This document shows, piece after piece, positions 50,295 to 62,686 of a stretch of 64,000 nt of DNA. The stretch spans positions 144,336,001 to 144,400,000 of the forward strand of contig NC_091984.1 in NCBI RefSeq assembly GCF_044704955.1. The letters run 5' to 3'. A program made the translations under genes and the position numbers. The notes beneath the pieces were generated by a model. The model worked only from the letters and a program-made list of their open reading frames with translations. It did no database searches and was not told where the DNA came from. The first letter of the stretch is position 1. Every line of letters starts with the position of its first letter. This DNA is from Pristiophorus japonicus (lineage: Eukaryota).

Positions 50295-51148
50295 GAAACA
50301 TTGAAACATAGAAACATAGAAAATAGGTGCAGGAGTTGGCCATTCGGACCTTCGAGCCTGCACCGCCATTCAATGAGTTCATGGCTGAACATGCAACTTT
50401 AGTACCCCATTCCTTCTTTCTCGCCATACCACTTGATCCCCCGAGTAGTAAGGACCTCATCTAACTCCTTTTTGAATATATTTAGTGAATTGGCCTCAAC
50501 AACTTTCTGTGGTATAGAATTCCACAGGTTCACCACTCTCTGGGTGAAGAAGTTTCTTCTCATCTCGGTCCTAAATGGCTTACCCCTCTGGTGAACTTTC
50601 GCTGCACTCTCTCAACAGCAAGAATGTCATTCCTCATGTTAGGTGACCAAAACTGTGCTCAATAATCCAGGTGTGGCCTCACCAAGGCCCTGTACAACTG
50701 TAGTAACACCTCCCTGCTCCTGTACTCAAATCCCCTTGCTATGAAGGCCAACATGCCATTTGCTTTCTTTACCATCTGCTGTACATGCATGCCAGCCTTC
50801 AATGACAGATGTACCATGACACCCTGGTCTCATTGTACCTCCCCTTTTCCTAATCTGTCACCATTCAGATAATAGTCTGTCTCTCTGTTTTTACCACCAA
50901 AGTGGATAACCTCACATTTATCCACATTATACTTCATCTGCCATGCATTTGCCCACTCACCTAACCTATCCAAGTCAATCTACAGCCTCATAGCATCCTC
51001 CTTGCAGCTCACACTGCCACCTAACTTCGTGTCATCTGCAAATTTGGAGGTACTACATTTATTCCCCTCGTCTAAATCATTAATGTACAATGTAAAAAGC
51101 TGGGGCCCCAGGACAGAACCTTGCGGTACCCCACTCGTCACGGCCTGC
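50295..51148 (-). mobile_element. CR1 3' fragment inserted between protease and RT of the retrovirus-like element
   Basis: [19 protein letters not shown], (gaaacata)n tail, flanked by ccacaga/ccataga. Removing it rejoins ..RNHYLW/GAIGTDREG. Confidence 0.9.
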
Positions 51149-52761
51149 CATAGATAGTGATTCCTGAGATCCACTAGGATCTGGTGGCTAATGATAAAAT
51201 CAGCTCCCAAGGATCCTTTTCCCTTCTGCTCCCATTTCATCAGGTCACACTTCCATTTGGTTTTGAGTGTCCCCAACTGAATGGAGAGCGGGATGGAAAA
51301 CAAACCAGTTTGCTCATTGCCTGTGGACCCTACGAGACTGTACGGGACCCCATTTGATAGAGGTGAGGTAGCTGGGTTATCTGCATATATAAGGGTGCTG
51401 GAAGCACCAGTATCTAGCAGGTAGGTCCCTTTCACTTTCTCCACCTCCATCATAACGCACGGTCTCTTCCGGGCATCGTACTCTAGGGAACACAGGTACA
51501 CAGGCTGCGCTGGCCTTAGTCTTGCATCTGGGTGGGTTGGAGCAGAGGGTTTTACCGTACCGGCGACTGCACCAGTTGCGATAGCTGCTGCTCCCTGTCC
51601 GTTTATGAGTGTCTGTAGGGCAGCTACGAGTGCCTTACGGGCTGGGGCTGGAGTGGCCTTTCCCTTCGTCTCTTTCCAGGGGTTCCTACAATCCTTCCTC
51701 CAGTGCCCACTTTTCCCACACCCAAAACACTTGCCCCCTTTGTGGGGAGGGTTCCCACCTTCATGATGCCACTCTCTCTTGCCTTGTCTGGGTTTAATCT
51801 CATGGACCCTCCCTTTAGAGGAGGGCTCCTCTGTCCCTCTACCATTCCGGCAAGCCAGGGTCAAGTGTCTGACCACTGTCTCCTCAGTGGTTCTGGGATC
51901 TTTTGGATCGAACCAGACCTCGACTTTTGCCTTTACTCCAGGTAAACTGTTTGCCACCAGGCTGCGGAGCCAGTGAGCCAGCTCATTAGGGTTCAGGTGG
52001 GCCCGGTCAAGAACTCCACTACAGGCCCTTTCGTAGACCGGCCACAACCTGTCAGTGAAAGCCTGTGGAGTCTCCCCACAGAGCTGCACTGTCTTCTCCA
52101 CTCGGGAGAAAGGACTCCCATCGTTCATACCCATGGCCTCTAGGACCTCCTCCTTAACCGTAACCTATGTGTTTCGCCCCTTTCTGCTGTCTGCAGAGAG
52201 GGAATGGCACAGCTTGGTGTCTGGCGAGAAGAGCAACAGCTTAGCCTGCTCCGAATCATCACACCCGTTAATATCCCCTGTGTGTTCCATTTCCAGGAAG
52301 TGTACCGAGGGATCCCCCTGTTGGGTGAGCTTACTTAGGTGGCCTATCATAGCCCTCAGTTTTTGGGGGTCATGGGGGACTACGAAGTTGATTTCCAGAG
52401 GTCCTGCTGCCCCATTCACGTCAGGCGGGCCAAACCTCTGCTGCCGGACTGGGTGCATTGGCCCTGGTTTTGGCCCTTCTTGTATTGGCTAGCCCTCTTC
52501 CTCCTGCTGCCAAGCCGAGTTAAAACTCGGGGCTGCCGGTGTTGGTAGTTCGCAATCCTTGCCTGCCCCGCACTCTGGCTGACACCACGGCTGCTCCGGG
52601 CCTTTCCCGGGAGCTGCAGGCGGTGACTGAGGGGTTTCTCCTTGCTCTACCAGGTGTTCCTGGGCTAAACCCGGGTTTATCAGGCACACCATGCCTTTAG
52701 CCTGGGATAGAGCAAGGTTCAAGCTTTGGATCTGCTGCTGGCAGGGGCCGTGGTCTCCTGA

Positions 52762-55495
52762 CTGCCTGGTGCCAGGGTCAAGGATGTCACTGAGTGGTTT
52801 CAGTACATTCTGAGAGGGGAGGGTGAATAGCCAGAGGTTGTGGTCCATATCGGTACCAATGACATTGGTAGAAAAAGGGATGAGGTCCAACAGGCAGAGT
52901 TTAGGAGCTAAGAGAGCGATTACAAAGCAAAACCTCAAAGGTAGTAATCTCCGGATTACTCCAGGCGCCACGTGCTAGTGAGTACAGAAATAGGAGGATA
53001 GAGCAGATGAATGCGTGGCTGGAGAGATGCTGCAGGAGGGAGGGCTTTAGTTTCCTGAGGCATTGGGACTGTTTCTGAGGGAGGTGGGACCTGTACATTC
53101 CAGACGGTTGCACCACAACAGAGCCGGGACCAATATCCTCGCGTTGGATGTCGGGGGTGGGGGGGCGGTGTTTCGGTGGGGTGGCTAGTGCTGTTGGGGA
53201 GGGTTTAAACTAGATTGACAGGGGATGGGACCGGAGAATAGTTTCAGAAACAAAGCCGAGAAAATAGACAGCAAGGCAGTTTGGCAGTGCTAAATGGTAT
53301 ATACTTCAATGCAAGGAGTATAGGAGTAAGGCAGATGAGCTGAGAGCACAGATTAGCACTTGGGAGTACGATATTATAGCTATTACTGAGACATGGCTGA
53401 AAGAAGGGCAGGTATGGCAGCTCAACATTCCTGGTTACAGGGTTTTCAGACGGGATAGAGAGGGGGTAAAAAAGGAGGGGGTCGCAGTTGTGAAACAATT
53501 TAAAGAAACAATTAAACTAGATGTGAGGAGGGATGATATGTCAGAAAGATCATCAAATGAGGCCATATAGGTCGAATTGAAGAACGAAAAAGGGGTAATC
53601 ACACTGCTGGGAGTGTACTATAGACCCCCAAACAGTCAGAGCGAGAGAGAAGAGCAAATATGTACGCACATTCCTGACAAGTGCAAAAACTATAGGGCAG
53701 TAATAGTAGGGGATTTCAACTATCCTAATATAAACGGGGATAAAATTAGTGTGAAAGGTATAGAGGGTGCAGAATTCCTAAAATGCATTCAGGAGAACTT
53801 TTTTAGCCAGTATGTAACAAGCCCAACAAGGGAGGGGACGGTTCTGGACTTGGTTTTGGGGAATGAAGAGGGGCAGGTGGAAGGGGTATAAGTGGGAGAG
53901 CATTTTGGTGCCAGTGATCATAATTCAGTTAGAATTAGGGTAGTTATGGAAAAGGACAAAGATAGAGCAGGAATAAAAGTTCTCAATTGGGGAAAAGCCA
54001 ATTTTGCTGAGCTGAGATGAGATTTGGCCAAAGTGGACTGGAAATGGCTACTTGAAGGTAAATCAGTGTCAGAGCAGTGGGAGGCATTCAAGGAGGAAAT
54101 CCTGTGGTTTCAGAGTAAGTCTGTTCCCTGAAAGAAAAAGGGTGGGACTAACAAATCTAGAGGCCCCTCGATGTCAAGGGAAATACAGTGTAGGATAAAG
54201 TAAAAAAGGGAGACTTATGACAGATACTGAGGGCTCAATACTGCAGGAACTTTAGAGGAGTATAGAAAGTGCAGGGGTGCAATTAAAAAGGAAATTAGGA
54301 AAGAGAGAGCATGAAAACATTTTGGCAAGTAAAATCAAGGAAAACCCAAAGAGATTTTATAAATATATTAAGAGCAAGAGGATAATTAAAGAAAGAGTAG
54401 GGCCTATTAGACACCATAAAGTTAATCTGTGTGTGGAGGCGTAAGACGTGGGTATGGTTCTTACTGAATACTTTGCGTCTGTTTTCACAAAAGTGAGGGG
54501 CGATGCAGACATTGTAATCAGGAAGGAGGAGTGTGAAATATTAGATGAAATAACGATAGTGAGAGAGGAAGTATTAAGGGGCTTAACAGCTTTGAAAGTG
54601 GATAAATCCCCAGGCCCGGATGAAATATATCCCACGCTGTTAAGAGAAGCAAAAGAGGAAATGACGGAGGCTCTGACCATCATTTTCCAATCCTCTCTGG
54701 CTACAGGTGTGGTGCCGGAGGACTGGAGGACTGATGTACCTTTGTTTAAAAATGGAGAAAGAGTTAGACCGAGTAATTACAGGCCAGTCAGCCTAACTTC
54801 GGTGGTGGGAAAATTATTGAAAAAACTTCTGAGAGACAGGATAAATCTTCATTTAGGACACACGGATTAAGCAAGTACAGTCAGCATGGATTTGTTCAGG
54901 GAAGGTCATGTTTGACCAACGTAATTGAATTCATTGAGGAAGTAATAAGGAGGGTCGATAAGGGCAGTGCATTTGATGTAGCGTATATGGATTTTTACAA
55001 GACGTTCGAAAAGGTCCCACATGGCAGACTGGACACGAAGGTAAAAACCCATGGGATCCAGCGCAACATGGCAAATTGGACCCAAAATGGGCTCAGAGAC
55101 AGGAAGCGAGAGGAAATGGTTGATGGGTGTTTTTGTGACTGGAAGGCTGTTTCCAGTGGGGTCAGTACTAGGTCCCTTGCTTTATGTGATATATATCAAT
55201 GATTTAGACTTCAGTGAAGTGGATATGATTCAGAAGTTTGCAGATGATACTAAAACCGGCCGTGTGGTTGATAATGAAGAATAAAGCTGTAGATTGCAGG
55301 AAGATATCAATGAAATAGTCAGGTGGGCAGAAAAGTGACAAAAGGAATTTAATCCGGAGAAGTGTGAGGTAATGCATATGGGGAGGTCTAACAAAGGAAG
55401 GGAATACACATTAAAGGGGATACTGAGAGGTGTACAGGAACAAAGGGATCTTGGTCTGCATGTCCACAGATCCCTGAGGTAGAAGGCCAGGTTGA
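52762..55495 (+). mobile_element. CR1 LINE (inverted paralogue of 9258-12055), 5' end deleted
   Basis: Starts mid-ORF1 at CLPGARVKDV; APE (53577-53891) and RT (54448-55284) fragments; same 3' truncation into the SINE. Confidence 0.92.
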
Positions 55496-55934
55496 TGGGT
55501 TTTTACGACAATCCGGCAGTTTCATGGTCACCATTACTGACACTAGCTTTTTATTACAGATGTATTAAATTAACTGAATTTAAATTCCCCAGCTGCCGTG
55601 GTGGGATTTGAACTCGTGTCTCTGGATCATTAGTCTAGCCCATCGTAGTCCATAGCTCTTTCAAAGAGCCAGCACAGATTTGATGGGCTGAATGGCCTCC
55701 CTCTGTGCTGTGAGATGCTGTGATTAAGAAGCAGGGCTCCAGCTAGCATAGGCAATGTGGGTTCAAGGGTTGAAAGCAGGGGTTTGGGTGGAGCCCATAT
55801 AGATGTACCACAAGGGGGGCGCTACAGCATCGATTGATCCAATTATTGGCAGCGGGGAAACCGGGGACGGAAATAGCTTCAATAAAATGTATACTGCAAC
55901 TTTTAAAGTGGTCAACACCACCAGCACGATCATA

Positions 55935-58900
55935 GATTCACAGAAAATTACAGCACGGAAGGAGGCCATTTCGGTTCATTGTGTCCGCGCCGGCCAACAA
56001 AGAGCTACCCAGCCTAATCCCACTTTCCAGCTCTGGGTCCGTAGCCCTGTGGGTTACGGCACTTTAAGTGCACTTCCAAGTATTTTTTAAATGTGGTGAG
56101 GGTTTCTGCCTTTACCACCCTCTCAGGCAATGAGTTCCAGACTCCCACCACCCTCTGGGTGAAGAATTGTTTCCTCATCTCCCCTCTAAACATTCCACCA
56201 ATTACTTTAAATCTATGCCCCCTGGTTGTTGACCCCTCTGCTAAGGGAAATGAGTCCATTCTATCCACTCTATCCAGGTCCCTCATCATTTTATGCACCT
56301 CAATAAGGTCTCCCCTCAGCCTCCTCTGTTCCACTGAAAACACCACCAGCAGATCCAATCTTTTCTCATAACTAAAATTCTCCAGTCCCGGCAGCATCCT
56401 CGTGAATCTCCTCTGTACCCTCTCTAGTACAATCACATCTTTCCTGTAATGTGTTGACCAGAACTGCACACAGTAATCTAGCTGTGGCCTAACTAGTGTT
56501 TTATACAGTTCAAGCATAACCTCCCTGCTCTTGTATTCTGTGCCTCGGCTAATAAAGGCAAGTATTGTGTATGCCTTTTTAACCACCTTATCGACCTGGC
56601 CTGCTACCTTCAGGGATCTGTGGACATGCACTCCAAGGTCCCTCCGTTCCTCCACCCCTCTCAGTACCCTCCCATTTATTGTGTATTCCCTTGTCTTGTT
56701 GCCCCTCCCCAAATGCATTAGAACAAGGCTGCAGTTAGAGCAGCCTTTCCACCCGATGACAGCGCTCACTGAGTCTGACTCATGGCATCGATCAGCTGGA
56801 CATTGATCTGGAAACACCAGCCCCCTGGTGAGGGAATCAAGGCTCCGATGCGACTGATAAAAGTCAAGATGAGGTTGCGGAGAGGGACACAGCTGCTGCT
56901 GGACACAATGAACAGGAGGAGGCCATTCAGCCCCTCGAGCCTGTTCCCCCATTTAATCAGATCACGGCTCATCTGTATCTGAACTCCATCTACCCGCCTT
57001 GGTTCCACAATTTCCAAGGACTATACTCTCTGGAGTTTAGAAGAATGAGAGGTGATCTCATTGAAACGTACAACATTCTGACAGGGCTTGACAGGGTAGA
57101 TGCAGGCTGGATGTTTCCTCGAGCTGGGTAGTCTCGAACCAGGGGTCACAGTCTCAGAATAAGGGGTTAGCCATTTAGGTCTGAGATGAGGAGAAACTTC
57201 TTCACTCAGAGAGTGGCAAATCTCTGGAATTCTCTGCCCCAGAGGGCTGTCCTTAAGTATATTTAAGGCAGAGATCAATAGATTTTTGGATATTAAGGGA
57301 ATCGAGGGATATGGGGACAGTGCAGGATAGTGGAGTTGATCTCAGCCATGATCTCATTGAATGGTGGAGCAGGCTCGAGGGGCCAAATAGCTCACTCCAG
57401 TTTGGGAGGGGCCGAGAAGATGAGAGGGGCGAGGAGGGGCGCGTGAGGTAGGGGGTGCATGGAGGAGGGGAGGGAGTGTGCGGTGAGGGATGGGTGGGTT
57501 GGGAATGAGGGGAGGGAGATGGAGTGATGGGGTGTGAGGAGGGCGGGAGTGAGGGAGGGAAAGGAGGGAGGCGGGGGAGCAGTTCGGGAGCGAGGGGAGG
57601 GGAAGGGGAGTGTAGAGACCAACATCGGCTCTCGGTTAAGCAACATCATGATTTTCAAAATTCTCATCCTTGTTTTCGAATATCTCCATGGCCTCGCCCC
57701 TCCCTATCTCTGTAATCTCCTCCAGCCCCACAACCCCCCGAGATGACTGCACTCCTCCAATTCTGCCCTCCTGAGCATCCCTGATTATAATCGCTTAAAC
57801 ATTGGTGGCCGTGCCTTCTGTTGCCGAGACCCCAAGCTCTGGAACTCCCTCCCTAAACCTCTCCACCTCTCTACCTCTCTTTCCTCCTTCAAGACGCTCC
57901 TTAAAACATACCTCTTTGGTCACTGACGCTAATTTCTTCTTATGTGACTCGGTGTCAAATTTTGTATCTCATAATACTCCTGGGAAGTGCCTTGGGACCT
58001 TTCACTATGTTAAAGGCGCTATATAAATACAGGTTGTTGTTGTTGAATTGAGGCAAAATCTGGTATTCTGGATGTCGCCGCTCCTTTTAACGCCCTCTCC
58101 AAAACACACACAGCAAATGTAATGTCCCTATTTAAAAAAGGAGGCAGACAGAAAGCAGGAAACTATAGACTAGTTAGCCTAACATCTGTGGTTGGGAAAA
58201 TGCTGGAGTCCATTATTAAGGAAGCAGTAGCAGGATATTTGGAAAAGCATAGTTCAATCAAGCAGAGTCAGCATGGTTTTATGAAAGGGAAATCATGTTT
58301 GACAAATTTGCTGGAGTTTTTTGAGGAAGTAACGAGCAGGGTGGATAAAGGGGAACCAGTGGATGTAGTGTATTTGGATTTCCAGAAGGCATTCGATAAG
58401 GTGCCACAGAAAAGGCACAAGGTAAAAGTTCACGGGGTTGGGAGTAATATATTAGCATTTATAGAGGATTGGCTAACTAACAGAAAACAGAGAGTCAGGA
58501 TAAATGGGTTATTTTCCCTTTGGCAAACAGTAACTAGTGAGGTGCCACAGGGATCGGTGCTGGGGCTTCAATTATTTACAATCACTATTAATGACTGAGT
58601 GTAAAGTAGCAACATTTGCTGGGAGGACAGATGCACCAACATTAGTGTCCTTGACCAGGTCAACATCCCCAGCATTGAAGCACTGACCACACTTGATCAG
58701 CTCCACTGGGCAGGCCACATTGTCCACATGCCAGACACAAGTCACCCAAAGCAAACGCTCTACTCGGAACTCCTTCACAACAAACGAGCCAAAGGTGGGC
58801 AGAGGAAAGTTACAAGGACACCCTCAAAGCCTCCCTGATAAAGTGCAACATCCTCACTGACACCTGGGAGTCCCTGGCCAAAGACTGCCCTAAGTGGAGG

Positions 58901-59490
58901 AAGTGTATCCCGGAGGGAGCTGAGCACCTCGAGTCTCTTCACCGAGAGCATGCAGAAATCAAGTGCAGGCAGCGGAAGGAACGTGCAGCAAACGTGTCCC
59001 ACCCTCCCTTACCCTCAACAACTATCTGTCTCACCTGTGGCAGGGACTGTGGTTCTCGTTTTGGACTGTTCAGTCACCTAAGGACTCATTTTAAGATTGG
59101 AAGCAAGTCTTCCTCGATTCCGAGGGACTGCCTATGATGGTGGCTGGGAAAGCAAATTGTGAGGAGGACACTAAAAATCTGCAAAGGGATATAGACAGAC
59201 TCAGTGAGTGGGCAAAACGTTGGCAGATGGAGTATAATGTGGGGAAATGTGAGGCTATCCATTTGGCAGAAAGAATAGGAAAGAAATTTATTTTTTAAAA
59301 GGAGAAAACTTGTAAACTGCTGCAGTACAGAGGGACCTGGGTGTCCTGGTGCATGAAACACAAAAAGTTAGTATGCAGGTACAGCAAGTGATCAGGAAAG
59401 CTAATGTAATGTTGCCCTTTATTGTAAGGGGGATGGAGTAGAAAAGCAGAGAAGTCCTGCTACATCTGTACAGGGTATTGGTGAGACTCC
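55935..59490. mobile_element. Inverted paralogue of the CR1/L2 cluster (1493-3140 joined to 7871-8822)
   Basis: 312-aa ORF 56014-56952 (-) ends in CR1 C-terminus; L2 tail 57640-58045; CR1 RT 58122-58598 and 59140-59490. Confidence 0.88.
58620..59140 (+). mobile_element. RTE-clade LINE 3' end, specific to the copy-3 duplicon
   Basis: Highly similar to 42110-42590; interrupts the CR1 at its FADD region. Confidence 0.85.
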
Positions 59491-59877
59491 CAGAGAACAC
59501 CCCCCCGATCACCCTGGTCCCCACCGTTCCACACAAGGTCAGCCCCTGATCATCCGCCTTGGTCACCCCTCCACTCCCCTCCTCCCCCACAGTCCCCAAA
59601 AGACCTCCGACACCCCCAGGAGCTGGAGCATCACCGCGGAGCACTCCTCAGGCCGACATAACAGTGCTGGGTAACACTCACACACACACACACACACACA
59701 CCTACAGAGGGTGCGGGGTAACACACACACAAACACCTACAGAGGGTGCTGGGTAACAGTCACACACATATACACACACACATACGCATACACCTACAAA
59801 GGGTGCTGGGTAATAGTCACACACACACACACACACACCTACAGAGGGTGCTGAGTAACAGTCACACACACACACAC

Positions 59878-60036
59878 TGTAAGTCCTTACTCTACAGCAG
59901 GAAACCACACGAGGCATATTCCAGGGACAAGGCCACTCTGTGACCTTAACTCTTTATTACAGGACTCCAGAAGTGATGACCCTGCGTGGGACCTCCCTTT
60001 ATATACCTGTATGATCAGGTAAGGAGTGTCTCCCAT
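59878..60036 (-). mobile_element. Partial Gypsy LTR related to those at 14444/18925
   Basis: tgtaagtccttac..ctttatt..gaagtgatgaccctgcgtggg..aggagtgtctccca. Confidence 0.75.
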
Positions 60037-61045
60037 ACGAACACTCAGGGACATGTACACGGTGATACACTGACTGCTCCTCTCCCGAAGCTGAGGCCTC
60101 ACTCGGTACAGTTTTGGCCACACGTTAAGGCGAGAGAATGCAATGTTGTGACAGTGGCCTCCTGCCCCCAGATTGTCCCCAGCAGTCAGCACAGAGTGCA
60201 CAGTGCGATCCCACCATCGGGGGCTGCCCCAAGTGTGCAGAATGAGAGCCAATGTTCAGACTGGGAGGATTTAATCCCAGCAGCTTTTAGTGTCTCTGTG
60301 TTTAATCTTGTGCGCTCCAGGGGATCGAGGTAAAATTTATCATTTTAAAATGATTGATAATTGGCTTTAAATCAAATCTCCTGCTGACGTGCCATTGATT
60401 GACAGCCCACTCAGCCAATTAGGATATACATTTACTGACATGCAGCCAATCAAGCTGAGGGGAAGGTGGGACATTTCCAAAGCACTCGCCAGACACAGAC
60501 TGAATATTCTTCACGTTTATTGCCTTTTACAGATTCACATTTACAGAAACAAGACTTGAATAAACAGCCCAGCGAGAGCGAGCTGGAGACATTCACAGGG
60601 AGAATGCAGCTTTATTAAAACAGTTGTGGGATTTTCTCCACACCGTGAGAATCCTGTCCCTTTAAACGGGGACAAAACCTTGAATTGTAACAGCAGGGTG
60701 AGCAGGGAGGGGGTCTGCTTACTGAAGCGGCACTTCGTAGTTTAACATTAGTTTTACTCTGCTGACAGTCTTCAGCATCTTCGAGAGGTTTTACTTGGCA
60801 GCACGAGTCAACACTGTCCCATCAAACCCTCCCAGGGCAGGTACAGCACGGGTTAGATACAGAGTAAAGCTCCCTCGACACTGCCCCAATAACGTGCCTT
60901 ACCCCCTGACCCTCAGATGCTTTCCCTGACCCAGTCCCGAGAAGGAAGAGAGTAGAAATGCAGTGCTGACAATGACCTTTGCCCTCCCGGCTCACCCCCT
61001 GTTCTATTTAAAGTTGCGTCTCCCCCGCGGTCTGTCCCTGACACA

Positions 61046-61374
61046 CTACGCACATTCTGCTCTCCTGACCCCCTTGCTGAGGGGAGAGGAGAGGCTCTCG
61101 TGGGTGAGGCTGCAGGAGAAGCTGGCGTTGGACTCCCAGTCGGGGCCAGAGAGGGTCAGCAGGCTGCTGACACTGTAGGCGTTGTCCGAAGCTCGCAGGT
61201 AGTCGCTGGTCTGGACCCCGGCCGAAATGGTCGCCCCGTCCTTCTTCCACTCCACCTCCACCGCATCGGGGTAGAAGTGATCGGCGAGGCACACCAGGGT
61301 GGCAGTGCCCTTGGTCGTGACCTCCTCCGGGGAGGGAGGCAGCAGGGTCAGTGTGGGTTGTGTCTTCCCTCGGC
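61046..61374 (-). CDS. IGKC: Ig kappa constant exon copy 3, intact
   Basis: Minus-strand tttcag acceptor (61375-61380); 329-nt exon (G)RGKTQPTLTLLPPSPEEVTTKGTATLVC...DNAYSVSSLLTLSGPDWESNASFSC...AECA*. Confidence 0.93.
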
Positions 61375-61609
61375 CTGAAAGGGAGGAGAAGGATGTTTAA
61401 TAGGTGTATATTAGTGTGTGTGTGTGTGTGTCTCTGTGGGTGTTTCCGTGTGGGGATAATTCACATCTGATAACGGAGAGCTGGGTTAATGAACTCCTGG
61501 CTGGCGATTAACCATTAGAGGTGAGCAACACTAATTTTTAATCTTCTTTGCCTCGCTTGATAAGTTTCATCGAAATATAAATGCGTTTGATGTTAAGGTG
61601 CGTAAAAAA

Positions 61610-62062
61610 AAGAAAATCTTGCATTTATATTACACCTTTCACAACCACCGGACATCTCAAAGTGCTTTACAGCCAATGAAGTACTTTTGGAGTGTAGTCA
61701 CTGTTGCAATGTGTGAAACACAGCAGCCAATCTGCAAACAGCAAGCTCCCACAAACAGCGATGTGATAACGACCTGATAATTTGTTCTTTTGTCGTGTTG
61801 GATGAGTGATCCATATTGACCAGGACACTGGGGAGAACTCCCCTCCTCTTCTTCAAAATAGTGTCCTGGGATCTTTTATACCCACCAGACAAGGCCTCAG
61901 TTTAACATCTCATCTGAAAGATAGCCCCTCCAACATTGCGGCACTCCCTCAGCACTGCACTGGAGTGTCAACCTTGATTTTTGCCTTCAAATCCCTGGAG
62001 TGGGACTTGAACCCACAACCTTCTGACCCAGAGGCAAGAGTGCAACACACTGAGCCACAGCT
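61610..62062 (-). mobile_element. Deu-domain-type tRNA SINE in the copy-3 intron
   Basis: Paralogue of 13293-13695, retaining the A-box and tail. Confidence 0.78.
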
Positions 62063-62686
62063 GATACTCAAAATAGTATTGGACTGTTGTATAAACATCT
62101 GCAGTGCAGGGTTGGCACACATTCAGCACTGAAATGGTTAACAGTAAGAGTCGGGAAAGACTGAGTGTCCCGTTAAGACACTGTTCACTGGCAGGAAGCT
62201 CGAACTGTAGATGGGTGGATACAGGGGAAACAGGCTCAGCAGTGAGAAAGCTCAGATCACACACAGATCGGGAGAACTTTATCCGGGAATATTGCAGCAC
62301 ACTTGTATAAACACACTTCAGCAAGGCTTCATGTTGGGTGTCGGTGTAGAAGCGTCTAGATTGCATTTAAAATCTTGATGCCCAGCACCGGGGGTGAGGT
62401 CATGGGTGAGGCTACAATTAGCCTCAGTGTACCGGGGTCAAGCAGGGTCACTGCTCCCAATGATCCCGTGACCTCCTGGAAGGTCAGAGTGCACGGACAA
62501 TGGGCGAGGGTCAGGATCAGGGCCCTCCCACTTCAATGAAAGAAAGCCTTGAATTTATATAGCGCCTTTCACAACCTCAGGACATCCCAAGCCACTTTAC
62601 AACCAATTGCACACAGGAAGATTTACGAGGATGTTGCCTGGAGTGGAACATTTTAGCTATGAGGAAAGGTTGGATAGGCTGGGTTT

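Larger units (their letters stand above)
44348..52761 (-). mobile_element. Endogenous retrovirus-like element (lokiretrovirus-like): gag-pro-pol + long 3' LTR, env-less, 5'-truncated
   Basis: gag with [14 protein letters not shown]; PR LLDTGAS; RT LDISNGFWSIPL / YTWNCLPQGFHNSP / QYVDDLLL (49584-49595); degenerate tether RNase H (49006-49200); second RNase H YVDESS..SAQHAEL..SDS..KVKAH..GNQQADKLAK; integrase IDYIGP..SDQG..SSGIVE with GPY. LTR from TGTAA 44348 to about 45921 or 46105, with minus-strand AATAAA at 44505-44510. Confidence 0.85.

Noticed and set aside
379-61045. V-kappa or J-kappa gene segments
   Set aside because: No ORF with V-domain C..WYQQ..YYC spacing and no FGxGT J motif with a good RSS was seen. 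A very decayed segment could be missed by eye.
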